From assembly GCA_951804945.1 (NCBI GenBank), contig OX638152.1, positions 59,086,001 through 59,150,000 of the forward strand: a stretch of DNA of 64,000 bases, written 5' to 3'. The position numbers and the translations under genes are program-made. Origin of the DNA: Podarcis cretensis (Eukaryota). Under the pieces are notes generated by a model. That model searched no databases. It was not told the DNA's origin and saw only the letters and a program-made list of their open reading frames with translations. Shown here piece after piece: positions 1 through 12,514 of the stretch (positions are counted from its first letter, which is position 1; the number at the start of each line of letters is the position of its first letter).

Positions 1-7
1 GACTCTA

Positions 8-187
8 AGGACTTGCACACACTTTTCTGTTTGCCCTGCCACTTTCTGCAGAACGTGCTCTTTAGTGCTCACTTCAATCCAACCTCAATCCACAGAAAAA
101 CAGACTGACATTTACTCTGATACAACAATAAAGAATGGGTTTTCCTGTGGGAAAGCAGCAGGACAAGTGGAATTCTGGATGAGCCCT
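8..187. mobile_element. Degenerate PIF/Harbinger-like MITE
   Basis: The right end CTGGATGAGCCC|TTA and left end TAA|GGACTTGCACACACTT are loosely complementary, with TAA/TTA flanks. Confidence 0.3.
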
Positions 188-217
188 TAGATCAGCTCCT
201 CAACAGGGTTGTGCGTG

Positions 218-1808
218 ACCTCCCCACCTCAGAAGGAGGATGGGGAATCCCCAACATAGAAGCATATTACATTGCCAACCATATAATCCCATATATACTA
301 GAAGATGACAATGGATACACCTAGAGAGGGACACAATTGAAAATACCTATACCACAGCATACCCGCTCCTCCCAAACAAACAAAGGAAAATTCCCACAAC
401 ACTTAACAGGTACACACAGACCATGCTCAAAGCATGGAAAACAGAAATAGGCAAACTATCCCCAACCCCATCCCCACTAATCCCCCTGGTGTACCACCCA
501 TTATTCCACCATGCAGCACAAAACCTCCAGATAAAAGCCTGGCAAACCAAAGGCTTATATCGCCTAATAGACTTTTATAAGAATAACAAACCTTTGTCAA
601 CACAAGAAATGCAAGACAAACTAGAAGACACCCAAATGTCCTGGTTAACACACCACCAATTACGTGTCCTCTTAAACAATCCAGCAGTAAAATCAGCAGC
701 AACTAGCCCCCTGACAACCTTCGAAAACCTCCTCCTAACAGCAAAGGGACACGGTAAAGGGATGGTGTCCGCAATATACAAAATACTACTCAAAAATCCC
801 ACAGACCCCCTAGACACAATCAAAAAACAATGGGAGGATGACATAGGCTATGAGATTAACCCCACTCAATGGATCAGAATGCGGTCGAAACCCCCCTTTA
901 AATCCATATCAACGAAAAGAAAAGAACTCACACTGAAACTCACCTACAGGTGGTACCTAACACCAAGAAAACTAGCGCTAATATGCCCAGGAACCTCACC
1001 AAAATGCTGGAGAAGGTGCGCCTCCATAGGCACATACCTCTACATGTGGTGGGAGTGCCCCAAAATCCAACTATTCTGGACAACAGTCATACAAGAAATA
1101 TGTAAAATAACTAAGCAAGTATTAGAAATCACCCCAGAATTGACCCTACTAAACATCTTCCAAGACAATAATGCCCATTTACACCTCCAAGAACTCATAA
1201 TCCATCTACTTTCAGCAGCCAGAAACACCATAACCAGACACTGGAGAGACCTGTCAGGAGTAAGTATGGACCAATGGTACCAAATAGTATGGGAAACAGC
1301 CTTATTAGAAAAACTAACCAATAAACTGAAACTGACACGGGGACAAATAGAAGAAGATGCCTTCACCCCGGTATGGCTCCCCTTTATCACATACACAGCC
1401 CAACAAGACAATGACAAAAATCCACCAACAGCATACAAATCAATATGGCTAACCTGATCCAAAACACCCACCCACCCCACTCACACATGAAAACAAAGAT
1501 CACCACAGCCAATCACAAACAAACAACCACACCCTAGGCCAACCCCAACCTCTCTCACCACCAAAGGAACAAGTGAATAGCACAGAACCTGCACAAGTGA
1601 CGCTGACACAAAACCCCACATATATTAAGTATAATAGAAACATTGCCACCCCACCCCCACCCATTTCTCCCCCCCTTTCCCCCTCCTTCTTCCGAATGTC
1701 TCAACAAATGAAACTGATCTGTAAAAAATGTCACTGGGGGGGGGGGGAGAGAAAGATTGCACATACTTTTGTAAACTAAGAAAATCTTTAATAAAAATAC
1801 ATTAAAAA
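218..1808 (+). mobile_element. 5'-truncated L1/Tx1-clade LINE (ORF2 C-terminus, 3'UTR, A-tail)
   Basis: Begins with LPTSEGGWGIPNIEAYY, matching the ORF2 'GGLGLPN' motif, and ends AATAAAAATACATTAAAAAAA. Flanked by a 16-bp TSD: AACAGGGTTGTGCGTG (202-217) and AACAGGGTTGTGTGTG (1809-1824). Confidence 0.93.
423..1457 (+). pseudogene. L1 ORF2 C-terminal fragment with Cys/His (zf-RVT-like) motif
   Basis: 344-aa ORF containing 'KLTYRWYLTPRKL...CWRRCASIGTYLYMWWECPKIQLFW'. It has no endonuclease or RT core and lies inside the truncated LINE. Confidence 0.88.
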
Positions 1809-1933
1809 AACAGGGTTGTGTGTGTGCTTTTTTAATGGATTTCTTCATGCATAATCTTTTACACCTCTTTTGTGTTTTTATAACATATAGTGGCAATGCA
1901 GCCATGCTTCATCATCTACATGCACCTGAGACT

Positions 1934-2320
1934 GGGGAGCAGGTGGCGCTGTGGTCTAAACCACTGAGCGTCTTGGGCTTGCTGATTGGAAGGCCGGTGG
2001 TTCGAACCCCAGCAACGGGGTGAGCTCCTGTTGATCTGTCCAGGCTCTTGCCAACCTAGCAGTTCGAAAGCATGCCAGTGCAGGTAGATAAACAGGTACC
2101 GCTGTGGCAGGAAGGTAAATGGCATTTCCATTCACTCTGGTTTCCGTCACAGTGTTCTGTTGCACCAGAAGCAGTTTAGTCCTGCTGGCCACATGACCCA
2201 GAAAGCTGCCTGTGGACAAATGCCAGCTCCCTCAGCCTGAAAGTGAGATGAATGCCACAACCCCATAGTTGCCTTTGACTGGACTTAACCATCCAGGGGT
2301 CCTTTACCGTTTTTACCTTT
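1934..2320 (+). mobile_element. Sauria SINE
   Basis: tRNA-like head (GTGGCGCTGTGG...GTTCGAACCC) and (ACCTTT)-type tail. TSD TGCACCTGA(G/A)ACT at 1921-1933 and 2321-2333. Confidence 0.92.
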
Positions 2321-3524
2321 TGCACCTGAAACTGCCTCAGCATATGGAAATGAAAGCCTTTGTGGTGATGTCAGGGACCAAATAAAGGGACCAAATGAAC
2401 AAAAAAGAGGAGCTGAAAGATGGAGTGCAAAGAGACCTCTGATGAGCATGCAGAGAGAAAAAAGAGAGAGTACTGTAGGTGAGGAGAAAAAAGAGAGAGA
2501 AATGTGCAATGAGTGAAACACTGAAAAAGAAGCAGGCGACCGAGAGGTGAGGGTGCAGATCTTTGATGGCGGGAAGAGAGAGAATGTGCAGGGAGAAGTG
2601 AATGATTGCAATGGGTTGAGAGAGAAAAGAAGGGAGAGTTAACAAAGAAAGAGGCTTAGAGATAATTGGCAAGGAAGTATTCTATGGACTGAAGGGGGTT
2701 AACAAAAATGTCTGTAAAAAGAAACTATGGAAATAAATTTATTATCAGTTCTTGTACTCTTTGCAGAGGGCATCTAATGAGTTGAACAAAATTAATTTAA
2801 TGAAATTTATAATTGCTGGAGACATAATTCTCCTACATAATTTCTTTCTTTCTTTTTTGCATATGCAGTGGAATTGTCCCATTGCATAAATGTCCTGAGA
2901 TAAAATATATTAAGGAAATACAGAGAACTGTGATAGAAGATAACATACAAAGCATGGGAGATAGAATGCAAAAATGTGGTAAGAACTGGCAGCTATTGTG
3001 GTGTATTGGAAAACAGATAGATGGTGCTAATATCAATGTTAATTTGGCGCTAGTATTATAGCTTCTTTATGCATGTGTTACACAGTGATACATGATATAG
3101 AATCCCTTCACTGGCAATAAATTTAATAAAATAATAATAAATAATGAAAATTCACACGCACAATATTTTGATGTCTCTTGATGTATTTTTGGGTGATGTA
3201 GCAGTAGCTGTCATACTCAACGTGACATTTGTATTTTTTTATAATACATACTGGTTTTTGTTGAAATGTGTTAACTGCCTGGATACTTATTGAACTATAA
3301 GGTGGGATACAAATTAAATAAAGAAAAGGACATAAAGCAAAAATGAAAATGAGGCATTGCAAGGGATTATGGGTAATCAGCAGTGGGAAGGAATTTTAGG
3401 TCTCCCCCATGACCATAACTTGTAGAAGGCAAGCCTAGGCCTTCTTACATTCAAATAACTAAAGCACACACTTTCCAGTAATTCATCTGCTTCTGACTCT
3501 TGGTTCCATGAAAGTGACCATTGG

Positions 3525-3700
3525 AGGCCAACAGCTGCCCAACAGTGGAACAGAGTGCCTTGGAAGGTGATGGCCTCTCTTTCATTAGAAGTTTTTGAGC
3601 GGAGGCTAGATGGCCACAGACCAGGGATTTTCTGCATTGGCAGAGAGTTAGGCTACTTGATTTTGGAGCCCTGTGCCTTCCAGCTCTATAATGCTATGAT
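3525..3700 (+). mobile_element. Decayed CR1 LINE 3' end
   Basis: 'cagtggaacaga...gaagtttttgagcggaggctagatggcca...ccttccagctctataatgctatgatt' resembles a CR1 3' terminus. Confidence 0.55.
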
Positions 3701-4593
3701 TATCCAGCAAAAGTTTTTTTTCCTCTATTTGTTGACCTTTCAGCTGTTGCTGAGCTACAACTCCCAGCAGCCCCATCAAGCATAGTCAGGGATGGCCAAA
3801 GCTTCCCAGTGCCTTTTAAAAAATGCCACCTTCCTGATTCTTCAAGCCAGTTTACATATCAAATTAAGAATACTTCAAGTCTAATGAAATTAAACAGCCT
3901 CCCCCTGAGAACAATGCACAGAACAATGCAAATAGACAATTCTATTTGGTTGACGAGGAAATGCAGAGCATTTTTTATCCTGCCCTCTGACAACAAGAAG
4001 CACTTCCCAGCTTTTCCCTTTCCATTTTTAAGCCTTTGTGGGAAACCTCCCAACATGCTTTCAGGTGTTTCAGAAGCAAATTATTAATAAACCTGAGGTG
4101 GTTACTTAAAAGGCAAAATGAGGGATTCTTAGGATGAGAAATTCTCCATGCCTGTACAATGAAGCCATGGATATCTAGAATACATTGAACATTGCTGGTA
4201 AGGAAGGGATTTTCAAATTCAATTTAACCTTCCATGTTAGAAACAGTTTACATAATTATAACTTAAAGTTACCAAGTTGAAAATTATATACATACAGTTC
4301 TGGGCACAGATGAAAAGCTACAGCTACCAAAACTTTGTGTTACACATAATATTGAGTTTTCTATTACCTTATTTTTCTCTGATTCTTTGCCAATCACTAG
4401 TTTCTCCAGACAAAGAAAAGCTATTATCTACTCACGTTTTGGCAACCAGAGCAATCCTGCCTTACATGCGAGTTTAAAAGGAGCAGCCTTTCAAACTATG
4501 CATTAATAGAGAATTCCTTGTGGTTAAGATGGAAAATAAACACTTTAGGTTTTCATGCTCCTTCATTTCAAAGATAACAGGCTTGGCCAGTGT

Positions 4594-4739
4594 AACTGCT
4601 CTCATTGACACCAATATTGCTTTTTCCTGTGTGTAGAATTATAATGAGTTTTTTTAAAAAAAGGAAAACCTTTTTTTAAAAAAACTCATTATAATTCTAC
4701 ACACAGGAAAAAGCAATATTGGTGTCAATGAGAGCAGTT
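4594..4739. repeat. Perfect inverted repeat, 71-bp arms, 4-nt loop (AAAA)
   Basis: 4594-4664 is the exact reverse complement of 4669-4739, checked base by base. Confidence 0.97.
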
Positions 4740-4829
4740 TTCTTATTTTCTTATTAACTGAAGTATGAATTGAATATGTCCCTGCACAACTGAACTCAGT
4801 CGCTTTGACTCAGTAGCCTGTTGTGGAGG

Positions 4830-6890
4830 TTTTATTTATTGTAAAAATGTCCATCCTACTGAATCTTCCTAAAAGCAAGACAGCTAACAAATCAGAAGCA
4901 GAATACTATGAAAGCAAACCACTATCCTCAAATTAAACCCAGCCACGCAGTCGAGACATTAACATAAAACTAAAACAAATTGAACAATTCCAAAACAATC
5001 ATGGAAGAAACACAGAACTATGCTGGTGAAGAAACTAATTAGCCAAAGGCCCTTTTAAGAAGCCTTGTTTTCACCAACCACCCAGAGCAGTATAATAATG
5101 GGGTCTGAACAGTGATGCTTTGTAAGCATTGGAATTGGTAGGGTGGAAGGCTAGGAGACCAACAGTAGGTGGAGCCAGAGCAAATGAAAGGCAGAGCATC
5201 CTAGTCATAGTTTTGTCCCCATCTCTGCCGAGATCTTCAAGCACAATATTAAGACTAAGGAGGAGGAAACTGACTTACACTTCCCTTAGCAAGGCATTCT
5301 ACAGGGTGGCTGCCACAGCAGAGAAAGCACTAATTCTGGCTGACTTCAAGCTCACATTACAAGGTCAAGGGATCTGGAGCAGAGATTCTCTTCTTCTTTG
5401 GTGATCACTCATAGCCGAGTAAGATTTTATTCCATAAACACGGTTTTAACAATAAGTCTGTAAGTGACTGTGGAGGCCAATTCTGGATCCACACATCCTT
5501 CCACAGTGGGGACATTGGTTCCCTGGTGGGAGTTGATTATGGTGTGGATTTGCCAAGCATGCCTTCCTCTTAGCACGTTTCTCCCTTGCATCCTGAGTTC
5601 GAGTGTCTTCAAAGCCCATGACACCTTTGGTAAAGGCTGTTCTCCAACTGGAGCGCTCACAGGCCAGGGTTTCCCAGTTGTCAGTGTTTATACTACATTT
5701 TTTTAGATTTGTCTTGAGACCGTCTTTAAACCTCTCTTGTTGACCACCAGCATTACGCTTTCCATTTTTAATAGAGTAGTTGCTTTGGAAGACGATAATC
5801 AGGCATCCGCACAACATGACCAGTCCAACAAAGCTGATGTTGAAGAATCATTGCTTCAGCACTGGAGATCTTTGCTTCTTCCAGTACACTGATATTAGTT
5901 TGCCTGTCTTCCCAAGTGATGTGTAACATTTTTCGGAGACACCGTTGATGGAAGCTTTCGAGGAGTTGGAGATGGCGTTTATAAGTAGTCCATGTTTCAC
6001 AAGCATACAGTAAGGTTGGTAGTACAATAGCTTTGTGAACAAGCGTTTTGGTTTCCCTGTGAATGTCCCTGTCCTCAAACACTCTGCACTTCAATCAGGA
6101 GAAAGCTGCACTCGCAGAGCTCAGGCGATGCTGGATTTCGGCATCAGTGTTGGCCCTTGTGGAAAGATAACTTCCTAGGTAGGAGAAGTGATCAACATTT
6201 TCCAACTTTACACCTTTGAGTTGGATTTGTGGTGCTGCAGAGGGGTTATTTTGTACTTGTTGCTGTACTTGTTGGTTTTTTGGATGTTGAGTGATAGGCC
6301 AAGCTTTTCGTAAGCTTCTGCAAAGATATTGAGGATGGTTTGGAGGTCATCCTCTGAGCGTGCACACACTATGTTGTCATCAGCATACTGAAGCTCTATG
6401 ACGGAAGTTACGGTAACCTTACTCTTTGCTTTCAGCCTGCTCAGATTGAAGAGCTTTCCATCAGTTCGATATATGATTTCTACTCCAGTGGGGAGTTTCC
6501 CTTCGACAAACTGTAGGATCATGGCAATGAAACTAATGAATAGAGTTGGGGCAATAACACAACCCTGTTTAACTCCTCATCCCACTGTGACTGGTTCACT
6601 TTGAGAGCCATCGATATCTGTGATTGTTGCTGTCATATTATCATGGAGGAGCCGAATGATGTTTACCCAATTTTCAGAAGGACAGTCCACAGAGCATTAC
6701 AATTTACGGTGTTGGAAGCCTTCAAAGCATGTGAGGAGGAATATGTTGAAGAAGGTGGTCTTGGAGGCATCCAGGTTCCAACACCTTGAACTGAGTCTGA
6801 AACCAGTACAGATCTTGAAAAATGTGTGAGGGAATCAAATTGCCTGGTACCTGTTTGTAATCTGGCTGCAGCATTTTGCACTGGTTGGTT
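4830..6890 (-). mobile_element. Old L2 LINE 3' portion, interrupted by an RTE insertion
   Basis: Minus strand encodes 'QPVQNAAARLQTG' (about 6850-6890). Positions 5280-5330 match the reverse complement of the L2 3' end seen at 15800-15850 and 23830-23880. Confidence 0.6.
5387..6725 (-). mobile_element. 5'-truncated, frameshifted RTE-clade LINE (RT to C-terminus)
   Basis: Successive minus-strand pieces: NTVNCNALWTVLLKIG, GVKQGCVIAP, ELQYADD, LLYACETWT, CWTGHVVRM, CPHCGRMCGSRIGLHSH. Ends in a (GAA)n-type 3' tail near 5387-5400. Confidence 0.92.
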
Positions 6891-8244
6891 TTGAAAAAGA
6901 TGCAATAGACAGAAGTGGTTTGCCTGGCAGGGCAGAGCCACAATGCAAGCTTCCTGCCAGCAGAGTTGCTGCCACCTGCTGGGAGTGATAAAGGAAGGGA
7001 TGAGGTGGGGGGGAGGTCAGGGCGCACTGGCGGAAGCACCAGATGGGATTTACCAGTGCACCTACACAGCCCTGACTTGCCTGCCACCCACCTCCTGGTA
7101 AGCAGCAGCAATAACACTTTCAGGAAGCTAGCATAGCAGCTAGCCACTGCTATGCATGGAGATTCCCAACCTTGAAAGATTCCCCTTTCATTTGGGCAGA
7201 TGATGGGTGGGACATACAGCAAAATCAAACCCGGTTGTTGAAAGGAAAATTCAGGGGCTTTCAAAACACATGAAACTGCAGCCAGCTGAGTACAGAATTA
7301 GTTCAGCATACTTAGTCAAAAGTAGAATTTGATTCTTTGGGGCTAAAGAAATAAATGAAATATGGGCTTGATTAAGATAGAATTGTAGGTATTATCTGCA
7401 AAGTTTTATTAACCTTGCAGTGCTTTTGAGCATTTGTTCTCAGTGCTTTCTGAAATCTCAGTTCTTGAGAAAATCCATTCCTGCAGGGACTACAAGTGCC
7501 ATTTCTCAGTTTCAAACCCTTTTTGAGTTGGGAAGTTCACCTTACCTCTGGGAAAGTACTGCAAAAACATTTCTGCAAATACTGCTTTAAAAACGTTGTT
7601 TGCCTCTCCCATGAGTCGGGCTCCCACTCACTGTTCCATCAAATAAGCTTAATGGCCAAAATACTGACTGGAACAATAAACTGTAAAAGGGAAAATGTTT
7701 CCTTTTTATTTATTTTTTGCTTTTAATGATAGTATGTTCCCTATTTGCTTTTCCCAGTCAGACACCTCAAAACTTCAGGGTCTAAAATCAGGCAATAAAA
7801 TGTGCTTGTGGAAATATTTAGCTATATCTTCTGAAATACTGGTACATGATACAGGCCGGTGTGTATAACAAACCCCAATGAGTGCTTCTATTGGAAGGGG
7901 AAAAACAACTTTAGGGTGGGATTATATAGCTTGGAGAAGTGGTGAGTGAAAGGGTAAACAAGACTCTAGATTCCCATGGGAAGGACCCAAATTGAGAGGA
8001 GTTGTAGTGAGAAAATGATGGTTTGAATAAGTGCAAAGCTCTTGCATCCCCTCCAAAACTTAACTTTCACAAGAGAAGTGGTCATTTGGGCTTTCTTTGC
8101 ATTCACTTTATATTTCTATCCCAAGCCGCTGCTTGTGAGTAAAGATATATATTCCTCCCCAACTCTGAGATTTCAAATAGCCATTTTTGCCAGTACATTT
8201 CTTCACAATACCTCATAGTGTATTTTCAATAGATAATTGGTGTA

Positions 8245-9444
8245 CCGAATTTTTCGCTCTATAACACGCACCTGACCATAACACGCACATAGTTTTTAGA
8301 GGAAGAAAACAAGAAAAAAAAATATTCTAAACGAAACAGTGGATGTATGATTTTTGTGGTTCATGCTGTGAACCATTGGGCCACAGACATGATCTGACGG
8401 TGAGTTTGGAATAGCCCAATGCAAAAATCCTGAGGATCCATGTGGATCCATGCTTTGTAACCACGTTTTTGCGTCATTGCAGCCCCATGAAACAGTGGGT
8501 GTGTGGGTGTTTTTTTGGTGCAGGCTGTAGCCATGGATATGCTATGTGATCTGATGGTGAACTTGGGGTGACCCAGTGCAAAAATCCTGAGGATCCATCT
8601 GGAACCGTGCTTTGTAACCACGTTTTAAGTGGGGAGGGAAGGAAAAGCATTCAAGGGACAAGGAGCACGTGTGGGATGTGTGGAGAAGGATGCTGCTAAT
8701 GATGCAGGAGAGGGGTTTAAGGGGAGAAGGAGCTCACGTAGGGTGTGTGGAAAAGGAGCTTTTCGGGGAGCTGAGCGGGGAGGGGGGAGGGAAAGAGCAC
8801 TGTTGCTTTAAAGGAGCCAACCGGACAGCAGCCACTTACAGCAGTGTAAGCAGCTCCTTTCCTCTCCTGCTTTGCTCCTTCTCTCCCTCTTTGCTGCTTT
8901 ACACAGCTAATGGCCCAAGTCCTGCTCAGCGGATCAGCGGAGACACTGGGAGAATCGTAATTTCCCCCTCTACCTCATCCCGTGCCCTCCTGTCCCCAGC
9001 AGCCTTTTTAAAAACTTTTTTACTGGTTTTCACTGCGCTCGTGGCTCAGAGCCCTCCTGTGCCCTGCCATCCCTCTGCAGCCTCATTGCTCCGTTTAGAG
9101 AGCGCACGGACCTTTGCTAGCTGAGGCTGCAGCAGCTGTTGCTGGCTACGCGGCGCTTTTTCCGGCTCGCTATGGCTCCCGTCTGTCCCTCCTCGCATGT
9201 AAGCGGCTGCTGCCCGCTTTGCTGCCATGGCTCTCCTTCCCTCCCTCCTCCCCGGCTCCTCCCCTCCTCCTGCCTGTAAAGCAAGCAAAGCTAGAGCCGT
9301 GCAAAGCCCTGCAAGCGGCTCCCGCTTTGCTTGACTGACGGCAGCCATGGCTCCAGTCGAGTGCATTCGCTCCGTGACACACACAGGCATTTTCCCTTAC
9401 TTTCTAGGAGCAAAAAAGTGCATGTTTTGGAGCAAAAATTACGG
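8245..9444. mobile_element. 1.2-kb non-autonomous Tc1/mariner (pogo/Tc2-type) element
   Basis: TA on both sides (8243-44, 9445-46). 27-bp TIRs CCGAATTTTTCGCTCTATAACACGCAC versus reverse complement CCGTAATTTTTGCTCCAAAACATGCAC (21/27). Subterminal ATAACACGCAC repeat. Confidence 0.8.
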
Positions 9445-9469
9445 TATAAGTATTGGCTGCCCATACTAT

Positions 9470-10433
9470 TGTTGCACACCACCCTGATCTCTGAGCGGTG
9501 AGAGATTCCAGGGGTTCTAGGTGTGCTTACTCAGAGTTTGTGTTTCTTTTTGGAAATGAGGCACAGCGGAGACTGAGGTGTCTTATGATATATGTTTACT
9601 TACACATATATACAACCTGAGGGGTTCACAGCATAATTAATACTTCACAGCATAATTAATACAAGATGGTCTTGTTTCTCCCATACGTACAGCCCTGGAT
9701 GCAAACATAGATATCAGCCATCGTGCTCTGACCCTCTCTCCAGCTTTCTGCCTTTTCCAAACTGCAACCCTTTTTCTCTAGGTCGAATTTCAGACAATTC
9801 CATTCTGAGACTCTACTTCAAACTCTGCTTTGTCTTCCAAACTAAAGCCTGGCACAGAGCCCCCTCTTTCTGGCTTTCCTAGTTTAATTTTATTTTTTAT
9901 TAAATTTATATGCCACCCTATACCTGCAGGTCTCAGGGTGGTTTACAGGATAAAATCACAATATAAAAACACAAAATAATCAAAATAAAAACAAGAACAA
10001 CCCAGTAACAGCCCCCAACACATTTTAAAAGAGCACTGAATGTCAGTCAACCAAAGGCCTGGTTAAAGAGGAATGCTTTTGCCTGGTACCTAAAGGTGTA
10101 TAATGAAGGCACCAGGCAAACTTCACCTTCCTTTTGCCCACTCCAAAAAAACCCTCCAAGAACTAGACATCTGTCCCCAGATGTACAACAAACAGCGCCT
10201 CCATAGAAAAGTAACAGAAAAGTTACATCTGAAGGCAGCCCTGTTTAGGGAAGTTTTTTAAGTGTTTTATTGCATTTTTTATATTTTGTTAGAAGCCACC
10301 CAGAGTGGCTGGGGAAACCCAGCCAGATGGGTGGGATATAAACAATGAATTATTGTTATTATATTATGATTACTGAAGGTATTAGAACACACATAATCAA
10401 AAACAGATCATAAAACACACTTTTAACCCAACA
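9470..10433 (-). mobile_element. Possible solo LTR interrupted by two L2 tail fragments
   Basis: TGTTG...CAACA termini, with L2 3' pieces at about 9890-10120 (-) and 10225-10370 (+) inside. No TSD found. Confidence 0.3.
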
Positions 10434-12277
10434 CACCAAACAATAGCATCTTATTCCTTTCAAGCGAGTCCCCATCCCTCAAGGCCTTCCTTCTGTCCTT
10501 TGTGCTAAAACAGCCACAATATAGCTAAAACAAAAAACAAAGAAACCCACAGTTAAAAATCATTAAACAGTTCCCATCACCGCAAACATGCAAAAAGCAC
10601 AAATCAACAGCATTTAAAAAACCATTGCCAAAACTTGCAAGAATGATCCCTGCACCAGGTAAGTAAACATTTCCCCAAAGCAACAACCATACACCCCGAA
10701 TGTTGCCTGCATAGCTTATTCTCAGGCTTTATTCCCAACTCTACGCCTGTCCGACTCCCATTTTCAGTGAATATTGAGCCACAATCAGAAATGCAATTTC
10801 CATTCCTCCATTTACATTTGTGCATGTATGCACCGTTATTTAAATGTAATAAACAAACCGGCAGAGATTGTTGGAACTACTGAACCCTACACACCACAGT
10901 GAGTTGAACTTCATCACCATGGAGGTTCCTTCCAGTTCTGTAACTCTGCCTATTTTTAAAATTCATTAACCATGAAAGTACTTTCAAGGGGTAAGGTCTT
11001 TCCCCCTTAATAAATAGGGGTTTGTGCTATCATTTTTCCCGATTTTGAAACTCTCTGGCATCAAAACAAAGCATTAAACTCACCACACAGCACAAGCCCC
11101 AGTGCCACAGTCATCAGCAGGGAAAATACAACTTTCATACAGCAGCTGTAGCTGCTTTAATGAGAAATCTACATAGAGAAAATAGGCAATCAGATTTCTG
11201 CAAAGTATGAAAATTTCCATTAAATTGTCTCTTCCTTTTATATAGCACAGCTGCAAGTTTTCTCTATAGTCTTTTTCCCTCCCAGTGCTTCAGCTTAGTT
11301 GACATTTGGTCACAGAAGCATTACTTCAGAACAATTGATTTAACATTCAGTAGATTCCATTAAAAAGGGGGGGGGGCTCATTTGATTTCCAGGAATGTAG
11401 GGAGGGGGAAATGGATGAAATTATCAGCAACAAAAATATAAAGCTGGCTATTCTAAATAGGCATACTTCTAAAAGTAAAAAAAGCCTGGAGAATGGGGAG
11501 GGGGATCTGCCATTGGTTTCCTCACGAATATCTCCTAATTTTGTCAAAATATTAATCTTCAAAGGTCTTTGATGTTGTGGGCCATTTTTCTTTGTCTACT
11601 GAGCTTCACGGTTTTGGTTTTAATGAGGAAGGGGTTCCGTTGCTTTCATCAGAACAAGCCACTGCTGGTAGATGGAATTTCCTGAGTTACTGTAAAATAA
11701 ATAGTAAATGTCAGACAATCATCCGATGGGAGTTGTGAAAGCTTTGAATGTGTGGTGTTGTTCTTTTCGTACGTTAATTACCACATCTTCATATATTATA
11801 AGATTCTCTTTCCAATCCACTGGGGAAATTACATTCCTTGATCTTGGCAACTATGGGCCATGCAAGCCAAGCAGCTTCTGCTCCTGTTCTATCAGTCTGA
11901 AGGAAGTCGCATGGCAATATATGCCATGGTCGACTTTTCCCACCCTTGGTTTCCTAGATATTATTGAACATTCACTAGCTCCAGCCAGCACAACCAGTGG
12001 TGAGCTGGGAGGGGAATTATAGTCCAACAACACTTAGGCACCCAGGTTGGGGAAAGGCTCACCTAGGTAATCAGGAGCTGCTGTGTGATGGGGCAGGGCT
12101 GGCAAGTCTGCCTCCACCTGGATGTTGGCGGGGCCTGGCAGTGGTGAGGTCAGGGCTGCATGGGCATACTGGTGGATCCAACCATCATCACTTTTCATCA
12201 TCACTTTTAATTTGTATACCACCTTTCTATCTTACAATACTCAAGGTGGTTTACAAGCTGAAGAGACAAAGAATGTA

Positions 12278-12514
12278 CAGTGGTACCTCGGGTTACAGAT
12301 GCTTGAGGTTACAGACGCTTCAGGTTACAGACTCTGCTACCCCAGAAATAGTACCTCAGGTTAAGAACTTTTCTTCAGGATGAGAACAGAAATTGTGTGG
12401 TGGCTGCCCGGTGGCAGCAGGATGCCCCATTAGCTAAAGTGGTACCTCAGGTTAAGAACAGTTTCAAGAACGGACCTCCAGAACGAATTAAGTTCTTAAC
12501 CCAAGGTACCACTG
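12278..12514 (+). mobile_element. Tigger/pogo-like MITE, copy 1
   Basis: TIRs CAGTGGTACCTCGGGTTA...TAACCCAAGGTACCACTG, with a TA TSD. Confidence 0.92.

Noticed and set aside
1934-2020. tRNA-like A and B boxes (also at the other SINE heads)
   Set aside because: They continue into SINE bodies bounded by TSDs, so they are not tRNA genes.
8629-9482. Overlapping GC-rich ORFs of 60-151 aa
   Set aside because: They lie inside the TIR element, have no recognisable domain, and are explained by stop-codon scarcity in GC-rich DNA.
10610-10665. Perfect splice donor CAG|GTAAGT
   Set aside because: There is no pyrimidine-rich acceptor upstream and no recognisable peptide.
12278-12514. Spaced CAGGTTA repeats resembling a CRISPR-like array
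   Set aside because: They are subterminal MITE repeats with irregular spacing, identical layout in five copies, and no cas genes, in eukaryotic DNA.
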